Notes under the pieces: model-generated
Told to the model about the DNA's origin: nothing
The model's input: only the letters and a program-made list of their open reading frames with translations
The model's database searches: none
Made by a program: the position numbers and the translations under genes
Source of the DNA: Planctomycetota bacterium
GTDB lineage: Bacteria > Planctomycetota > Phycisphaerae > UBA1845 > Fen-1342
Direction of reading: 5' to 3'
DNA length: 51,246 nt
Assembly (NCBI GenBank): GCA_016235145.1
Contig: JACRLV010000056.1
Coordinates: 1 to 51,246, forward strand
Part shown: positions 45,388 to 51,246 of the stretch, one piece after another
Layout: each line of letters opens with the position of its first letter
How positions within the stretch are numbered: the stretch's first letter is position 1

Positions 45388-46533
45388 TCATCGCGGCAGC
45401 GGCCACGGTCCGAGCCGCTCCGGCCGCGGGGCGCGCTGCCGGATCAGGTAGCCTTCCAGCCAGCCGCGGCAGCGCTGCGGGTTTGCGAGCGCGTGCAACA
45501 CGGCCTCGTGGTCGATCGCGTTGACGCGATCATTGGCCGCGCGGATCGCGTCCATGCTGATGCGCAGGGCCACATCCACCGGCATCCGCTCCGGATTGAT
45601 GTCGACGCCGAAGTAGCCGCTGTATTCGTACATCTTCAGCGTGTACAGCAGCGCCTCGAGCTGCTCCGGCGAGACCACGCCGACGTTGAGATCCTGGTCG
45701 TAGTTGCCCAGCGGCTGGCTGTTCCAGTGGCTGTGGGCCAGCCGGCCTTCGCCGAGCGGCCAACTGAAGGCGTAGGCCAGATCTTCAAAGCCCATCAGCA
45801 CGTGCCCCACTTCGGGGTTCATACATACCAGTTTGTGCCCCTGATCCAGCAGCTTGCGGTTCTCCGGCGCCCTGAGCATCGCTTCGACCTGCTGGCCGAG
45901 CAGCACTCCCTCCGGCGTGAGGCCGAAGAGAATCCGCCCGCGCGGCTCGTACGGCTTGGGCTCAAATGCGATCCGCACTCCGGGGACCGCGTCCATCGCC
46001 TCGGCGAGGCCCTCAGCGAAGCGGGACCGCATGGCGACGAAATCCACGCCGAAGGGGTTCTCGAAGCCGTCGATGCCGGGCCAGACGATCGCGAAGTCCG
46101 TGTCGAGCTCGCGGTTCATGCGCAGCGCGGCCTTCGTGCGTTCGATCGCGGTGCGGCGCGGACCTTCGAGCGGGCTGGAAAGCGATCCGAATTCAAACTG
46201 CTCGTCCCAGAACAGCAGTGGAATGACCGTGATCAGCCGAATGCCCGTGTCGCGTGAGAACTTTTTCCACAGGTCGAGGTTCTGCTCGTTCACCTCGTTG
46301 GGGTAATGCGCCTCGAGGCCGACCAGGCCGCTGCCTTTCAGGCCGGCGGCGATCTCCAGCCGCTGCTCGATGTTCAACTCGCGTTGATACTTGGCGTGAA
46401 ACCGGCTGCTTGGCGGCGAGAAGTACCAGATGCCGGCGGAGAATCGCAGATTCAGATCGAACGCCTTGAGGTGGGCTAGCATCTGCTCCGGCGTGCGCCG
46501 CGCGGCTTGTTTTCGCAGGTCGACGATTGGCAT
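45388..46533 (-). CDS. xylose isomerase family (class-I XylA-like) TIM-barrel sugar isomerase
   Basis: IAFEPKPYEPRGRILF, MNPEVGHVLMG and NYDQDLNVG align with the conserved FAIEPKPNEPRGDI, NPEVGHEQMAG and YDQDLRFG blocks of actinobacterial-type xylose isomerases. The WGGREG block is diverged (WPGIDG). Confidence 0.85.
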   Translation of the reverse strand: MPIVDLRKQAARRTPEQMLAHLKAFDLNLRFSAGIWYFSPPSSRFHAKYQRELNIEQRLEIAAGLKGSGLVGLEAHYPNEVNEQNLDLWKKFSRDTGIRLITVIPLLFWDEQFEFGSLSSPLEGPRRTAIERTKAALRMNRELDTDFAIVWPGIDGFENPFGVDFVAMRSRFAEGLAEAMDAVPGVRIAFEPKPYEPRGRILFGLTPEGVLLGQQVEAMLRAPENRKLLDQGHKLVCMNPEVGHVLMGFEDLAYAFSWPLGEGRLAHSHWNSQPLGNYDQDLNVGVVSPEQLEALLYTLKMYEYSGYFGVDINPERMPVDVALRISMDAIRAANDRVNAIDHEAVLHALANPQRCRGWLEGYLIRQRAPRPERLGPWPLPR

Positions 46534-46772
46534 GGTGAACTCTCCGATTGAGTTGAGGTCGGTTCGCCGATCAGATTATCGTAGCGTCGGTCGAGCTGGA
46601 GAAGAATTCGCCTGGCGATCGGCCTTGATGCCGCCATTTGTGGGGGGAACCGGTTGCCGCGCTCCGTGAACGAAATAGCGCCCGTCCCCAACGGCCCTTC
46701 GCCGCCGGCGAATTCAACGTGCGAATTCATCGAACTCGGCCGGTCCGGCGCTGCGGATCGGCCTTCACGCTT

Positions 46773-47567
46773 TCATGGACACGCGAAGCCGAAATTCGCC
46801 AGCAACGTCGCGAGATCCTGGATGTCCACGTCGCTGTCGCCGTCAAGGTCGCCCTGCTCAGGCGTCGTGCCGGTCAAGCCGAAATTGGACAGCAGCACCG
46901 CAAGATCGCTCAGGCTGACCGTTCCGTCGCTATCCAGATCGCCCGTGCAGGGCACAGCGCCCGAGCTGAGCAGCGAATACGCGACGTCATTGCCCTGTTC
47001 GGTGAAATTGCCGGGCGAGAAGAACCATTGATGTGCGTGCGGCAGGGTCGTTGTGCTGGACGCGATCCAGCCCCACTGCGGCTCGTTGGCGGTTCCGCCG
47101 CGCGGCAGGATGGCGACCACGCTGACCCAGTATGTCGCGTCCGACGAAATATTGAACGCGGGGCTCAGCGAGACGGAATACTGGTATCCAGCGAAACCGA
47201 GCGATGGATGCACGTAGTAGTTGGTCTCGGTGAAGCTGAAGACGTCCTGCTCGAAGATGCGCGTGCCGGGGTGGCCGCCGTTGTCGGTGTAGAAGCGAAT
47301 CGTGAATCCCTCGGTGTGGCCCTCCTGGCCGAGCGGCGTCGCATAGCCGCCGTAGAACTCGACCTGGTCGACGTTCCAGCCGGTCTGGCCGACGAAATTG
47401 TCGGCGACCTCGCTGAACCAACCCAATCCGCCGGGGTTGCGGGCGTCCTGCGACGACAGTCCGCCGAAGGAGTTGACCTGCGGCTGCGACCAGAGCACGT
47501 CGGCGGTGGCGGCGGCGGTGAAAGTGCAGCCCGCGAGCATACAGATTTGAAGCAGTGATCGACGCAT
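46773..47567 (-). CDS. secreted beta-sandwich protein with C-terminal dockerin-like module
   Basis: Signal peptide present. Unassigned N-terminal domain (VLWSQPQ...ADNF...VEFYGGY...FTIRFYTDNGGHPG). C-terminus GDLDSDGTVSLSDLAVLLSNFG...GDLDGDSDVDIQDLATLLANFG. Confidence 0.8.
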   Translation of the reverse strand: MRRSLLQICMLAGCTFTAAATADVLWSQPQVNSFGGLSSQDARNPGGLGWFSEVADNFVGQTGWNVDQVEFYGGYATPLGQEGHTEGFTIRFYTDNGGHPGTRIFEQDVFSFTETNYYVHPSLGFAGYQYSVSLSPAFNISSDATYWVSVVAILPRGGTANEPQWGWIASSTTTLPHAHQWFFSPGNFTEQGNDVAYSLLSSGAVPCTGDLDSDGTVSLSDLAVLLSNFGLTGTTPEQGDLDGDSDVDIQDLATLLANFGFACP

Positions 47568-47884
47568 GGGAGTCCCTCTCCTTGTGCCTTAACCTTCGGG
47601 CTGGGGCTGAACGCGCATGCCCAGCGTTCTGGGTGAATGGTACCCGGCGGCGGCGACGGACCGAAGGGAAATCCGGACTTTGAAACCGGAATTGCAGGCG
47701 GCGCCGGCGGCGCGCGGGGCAACCCGTGTTCGTCAGCCGTTCGTCGTGGGCCACCCCTGATCTGGTCGGAATAGCGGAAATTCGCGAAACCCGGTTACAA
47801 ATCGCCATCACACGTGACTACTACAGGCGAAGCTTGCTCGCGGATCGAGTTACGGGCCGGTCGGTTCCGAAGGGGGCCGCTTGG

Positions 47885-49096
47885 ATGAGCCTGGGAACCA
47901 CTTTCTTCGTCGCCTCCGTACCCGTGCTGGGAGTGATTCTGCTCTGGCTTCGTCGCTGGCGGCTGCGCGCCTCGGTCCGAGCGATCGGGCTTTACCTCGT
48001 CGGACTGGCGGCGATGCTCGGCGGGGCGTTGCTGATTGTCGCGTACATCGCCGGGGCCAGAGTTCCGCCAATCGAGTTCGTGGTTGTCCTTTGGTTTGCG
48101 ATCAGTCTGCGGCTGGCGTGGGAGCTCTGGTCTCGAACGATCGGTCGAGCGGGGCAGCGCTGGGTGCGCTGGGCCAGGCGAAGGCGGCGCAGTCGCCGGT
48201 CTGCACCGCTGCTGGTCCGCCTCATACCGGCGGCCAGGATTTCCGCCACGTTGGCGATCTTCGCACCGGCGGCACTGGCATTCACGCTCACGCATCGGTT
48301 CAAGCTGCTGGATGGCCATACGCCGCGCGAGGCCTTGGCGATGAAGTACGAGCCGGTGCGAATTCCGACGGCTGACGGGATGACGCTCGACGGGTGGTTC
48401 GTGCCCTGCGACGGCGCGACCGGTACGATCGTCATCTGCCACGGCGCGGGCGCGAACAAGGGCAATTTCGTGTGGTTCCTCGCGCCGCTCAACTACCACG
48501 GCTACAACCTGCTGATGTTCGATTTCCGAGCCCATGGCGCCAGCGACGGCCGCATCTGCACGTACGGTCTTCTGGAAAAACGGGATGTGCGCGCTGCGGT
48601 CGCTTGGCTGAAACACGAGCGCCCGGCGCAATCAACACGGATTGTCGGCTTGGGCTCTTCGCTCGGCGCCATGGCCCTCGCGTTGGCCGCCGCCGAAGAG
48701 CCGGCGATCGACGCCATCGTACTCGACAGTCCGTTCGTCTCGCCGCGGGAACTCGCACGTCATCATTTGTCGCGCGCGCCGCTGATTGGTACGGCGTTCG
48801 CTGATCTGGTGCTGTGGCACATGTCGTGGATGACCGGCGCCGACTTTCTGCACGATTCCGCTGAGCCTGCTGTCGCCGCCATCGCCCCTCGACCGACCTT
48901 AATCATCCATGGCGACGACGACCGTCTGATGCCGGCTTCGCATTCGCTGCGGTTGTATGATTCCGCCCGCGGACCGCGCGGCCTTTGGATGGGTCCGGGG
49001 CCGCACAGCAACATCATCACCACGGCCCCGGAGGAATACGCCGAGCGGCTGTTCGCATTCCTCGAAAAACCACCCGACGCCGAAATGAGACGATGA
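47885..49096 (+). CDS. membrane-anchored alpha/beta hydrolase (BAAT/DLH-like serine hydrolase)
   Basis: About 4 N-terminal TM helices. Then HGAGANKG...FDFRAHGASDG, the nucleophile elbow GLGSSLGA, and ...IIHGDDDRLMP...GPGPH. Start taken at MSLGTTFF. Confidence 0.88.
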   Translation: MSLGTTFFVASVPVLGVILLWLRRWRLRASVRAIGLYLVGLAAMLGGALLIVAYIAGARVPPIEFVVVLWFAISLRLAWELWSRTIGRAGQRWVRWARRRRRSRRSAPLLVRLIPAARISATLAIFAPAALAFTLTHRFKLLDGHTPREALAMKYEPVRIPTADGMTLDGWFVPCDGATGTIVICHGAGANKGNFVWFLAPLNYHGYNLLMFDFRAHGASDGRICTYGLLEKRDVRAAVAWLKHERPAQSTRIVGLGSSLGAMALALAAAEEPAIDAIVLDSPFVSPRELARHHLSRAPLIGTAFADLVLWHMSWMTGADFLHDSAEPAVAAIAPRPTLIIHGDDDRLMPASHSLRLYDSARGPRGLWMGPGPHSNIITTAPEEYAERLFAFLEKPPDAEMRR

Positions 49097-49365
49097 CCCT
49101 ACTTCCATCTTGAAGGCGCCGATTCAGTGCAAGTAGCGGCGCAGAGATCGCCATGATTTGCGGAAGTGCGATCGGCGAGTTGGTGTAGCGGCCTGCGTCT
49201 CGCAGGCCGTCGATTGGCAGCAATTCCGATCGCGACAGTTTGACGCACTACGGCCGGCGAGACGCCGGCCGCTACTCATCTTGCCGACTGGCGGCGCTTG
49301 GGCCGCGGGCATGGCCCACCCGGATGACCCGGACGTGCGCCAGAATCCCGGGCCACACCCTCAGG

Positions 49366-51246
49366 CTACCGCCGCCGTTCGCGTCGCGCCTGGCCGAACG
49401 AGCCCACCGGCAGCAGCGCCAACTCCTGGCGCTGCTCATCCACGCCCGCGACCGTGACGCGCGCCTGCTGCCCGATCGTGATGCAGCGCCCGCTCCGCCG
49501 GCCGATCATCCAGCCGGCCTGGCGATCAAACTCCCAGCGATCGTCGGGCAGGTCGGCCCGATGCACGAATCCTTCCGCACCGAACCGCTCGACCCGCATG
49601 AACACGCCCGTCGAAGTGACACCGGTCACAACCGCCGGGAAACTCTCGCCGATCTTTGATTTCATCAATTGCAGCAGCAGGATGTGGCGAATCTCGCGCT
49701 CCGCGTCGATCGCGCGGCGCTCGGTCATGCTCAGGTGCAGTGCGAGCGAGGGAAGGTCCGTTTCGTCCTCGACCTCGTCCCGCCGGCGTGCTTTTCGATG
49801 TTCAAGTCCCGGCGCCTTGCCACCCCGATCCTGTGACAGCAAGGCGTCCAAAGCGCGATGCACCATCAGATCGGCGTATCGCCGGATCGGCGACGTGAAA
49901 TGGCAGTAGTGCTCGCTGGCGAGTGCGAAGTGCCCTTCGGCCGAGGTGCTGTAGCACGCCTGCGACAGGCAGCGCAACAGGAGGAAGTGAATCGTCGATT
50001 CCTCGGGCCGGCCGGCGGAATCCGCGAGCAGTTTCTGAATCGCCGGCCGGTCCAGCGCGGAGCTTTTCGATCCGCCGACGATCGCCAGCAGCTTCGTGTA
50101 GCGCTGCGAGGCGTCGGCATCCGGCGGCGGGTGGACGCGCCGAATGTGCGGCAGGTCGGCCCCGTGCAGCGTACGGCAGACGGCTTCGTTCGCCTCGACC
50201 ATGAACATTTCGATGATCGTGTGCGAGAAGCTCGTGTCCGCCGGGTGAGCGTCCGCTACGCGCCCGTCTTCTCCCAGCACAATTTCAGTCTCCGGGATCG
50301 TCAGCGAGATCATTCCATCGGCCAGGCGACGCTTTCGAATCGTCTGCGCCAGTTTCTCGGCGGATTTGAGCAGCGCCAGGACGGTGCGGCTGATTTCGGC
50401 GGTTTTTCCCGCCAGTGCGGCGGCGACCTGGTCGTATGTCAGCCGGGCGTGCGAGCGGATCACGCTTGAGGCGAGCCGCGTTTCGCGCACGCGGCCGTGG
50501 GCGTCGTAGCGGATGAACACGCTTCGCGTAAGCCGCGGCTGGTGCGGCTGCAAGCTGCACACGCCGTTGGACAGAACTTCCGGCAGCATCGGGACGACAT
50601 ATCCGGGGAAATACGCACTGTTGCCGCGCTCCCGCGCCGCCAGGTCGAGAGGCGAACCGGCGGGAACGAAATGGGCCACGTCGGCGATGTGCACCCCGAG
50701 CCGCGTTTCGCCGCCGGACAGGTGTTCAATCGAGATCGCGTCGTCGTAATCGCGGGCGTCCGGCGGGTCGATCGTGACGGTGAGCAATTCGCGGAGGTCC
50801 TCGCGTTGCGGCGGAATTGTCGCCGCCGCCTTTGCGGCATCTTGTGCCGCGGCCCGGACCTCGGAAGAAAACTCATTCGGCAGCCCGCTGCGGCGGATGA
50901 CGCCTAGAATCTGAGTGGCGGTCTCATCGGGATCGCCGAGGCGCTCGACGATCACGCCGTGTACGCGTGGCGAGCCGAGTGTATGAACAAGGGGCTCAAT
51001 GAGGACGAGGTCGCCGGGCCGGGCGTTTTTCGCGCCGGGCTCGTCGATAGTGACCAGCGGTGCGGGCGTTTTTCCTTCGGGCTGGACGAACCAATGGCGG
51101 CCCTCGTGAAACAGCCGGCCGACCCAGCGAATCGGGGCGCGCTGCACGATTCGGACGATTTCTGCGTAGGGTTCACGGCCGCGCAATTCAGATCGGACGA
51201 TGCGAATCTGCACCGAATCGCCGTCGAGGGCGTGCATCGCCTTGCC
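49366..51246 (-). CDS. rnr: ribonuclease R (RNase II/R family), N-terminally truncated by window edge
   Basis: RNB domain motifs (TIDPPDARDYDDAISIE, HIADVAHFV, SAYFPGYVVPMLPE, HFALASEHYCHFTSPIRRYADLMVHR) and a C-terminal S1 domain (FPAVVTGVTSTGVFMRV...). The reading frame is open to the end of the window. Confidence 0.93.
   Translation of the reverse strand, partial: GKAMHALDGDSVQIRIVRSELRGREPYAEIVRIVQRAPIRWVGRLFHEGRHWFVQPEGKTPAPLVTIDEPGAKNARPGDLVLIEPLVHTLGSPRVHGVIVERLGDPDETATQILGVIRRSGLPNEFSSEVRAAAQDAAKAAATIPPQREDLRELLTVTIDPPDARDYDDAISIEHLSGGETRLGVHIADVAHFVPAGSPLDLAARERGNSAYFPGYVVPMLPEVLSNGVCSLQPHQPRLTRSVFIRYDAHGRVRETRLASSVIRSHARLTYDQVAAALAGKTAEISRTVLALLKSAEKLAQTIRKRRLADGMISLTIPETEIVLGEDGRVADAHPADTSFSHTIIEMFMVEANEAVCRTLHGADLPHIRRVHPPPDADASQRYTKLLAIVGGSKSSALDRPAIQKLLADSAGRPEESTIHFLLLRCLSQACYSTSAEGHFALASEHYCHFTSPIRRYADLMVHRALDALLSQDRGGKAPGLEHRKARRRDEVEDETDLPSLALHLSMTERRAIDAEREIRHILLLQLMKSKIGESFPAVVTGVTSTGVFMRVERFGAEGFVHRADLPDDRWEFDRQAGWMIGRRSGRCITIGQQARVTVAGVDEQRQELALLPVGSFGQARRERRR

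Overview
This is a high-GC (roughly 65-68% by eye) bacterial chromosomal window. Coding is dense on both strands, with about 42 supportable CDS and no rRNA, tRNA or CRISPR that I can see. All calls rest on motif and architecture recognition of the supplied translations plus manual reading of the DNA; no database search was run.

Housekeeping genes: frr, coaD, pcm, cinA-like, a YgfZ/GcvT-family folate-binding protein, a DUF255 thioredoxin-domain protein, a class-I xylose-isomerase-like protein, and RNase R (truncated at the right edge).

These are interleaved with an unusually large set of secreted or cell-surface proteins:
- BNR/Asp-box propellers, and HAF, FG-GAP/VCBS, NHL, HEAT and TPR repeat proteins.
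- Several lipoproteins.
- Five proteins ending in a dockerin-like paired EF-hand module.
- Three tandem paralogs ending in a PEP-CTERM-like IPAPGAALLG...RR tail.

The gene content and sorting signals suggest a Planctomycetota (Phycisphaerae-like) genome. That assignment is inference only.

Most interesting items:
1. A tightly coupled five-gene operon (31872-36418). It encodes a helical protein, a long coiled-coil protein, a SUMF1/FGE-fold protein lacking the FGE cysteine pair, a zinc-ribbon P-loop GTPase, and a protein with a GTPase-associated-protein-like N-terminus. I read it as a candidate uncharacterised GTPase-centred system.
2. Three tandem small surface proteins (42549-45333). Their FC[LV]E and LQEA[MI]W motifs match the Cys-Gln thioester-domain (TED/TQXA) signature. 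The middle copy has lost both residues. Each copy has its own conserved promoter, leader and terminator.
3. An SbcD/Mre11-like phosphoesterase fused to a Cho/UvrC-N-half GIY-YIG nuclease.
4. A REP-RAYT-REP unit, plus two other GTAG-hairpin REP-like families. One of these is embedded in frame in the 3' end of the nuclease fusion gene.
5. A (GA)19 microsatellite in a divergent promoter region.
6. A BNR propeller translationally coupled to a MoaD/ThiS-like protein ending in GG.
7. An in-frame amber codon in a universal stress protein gene, and two other apparently disrupted genes.
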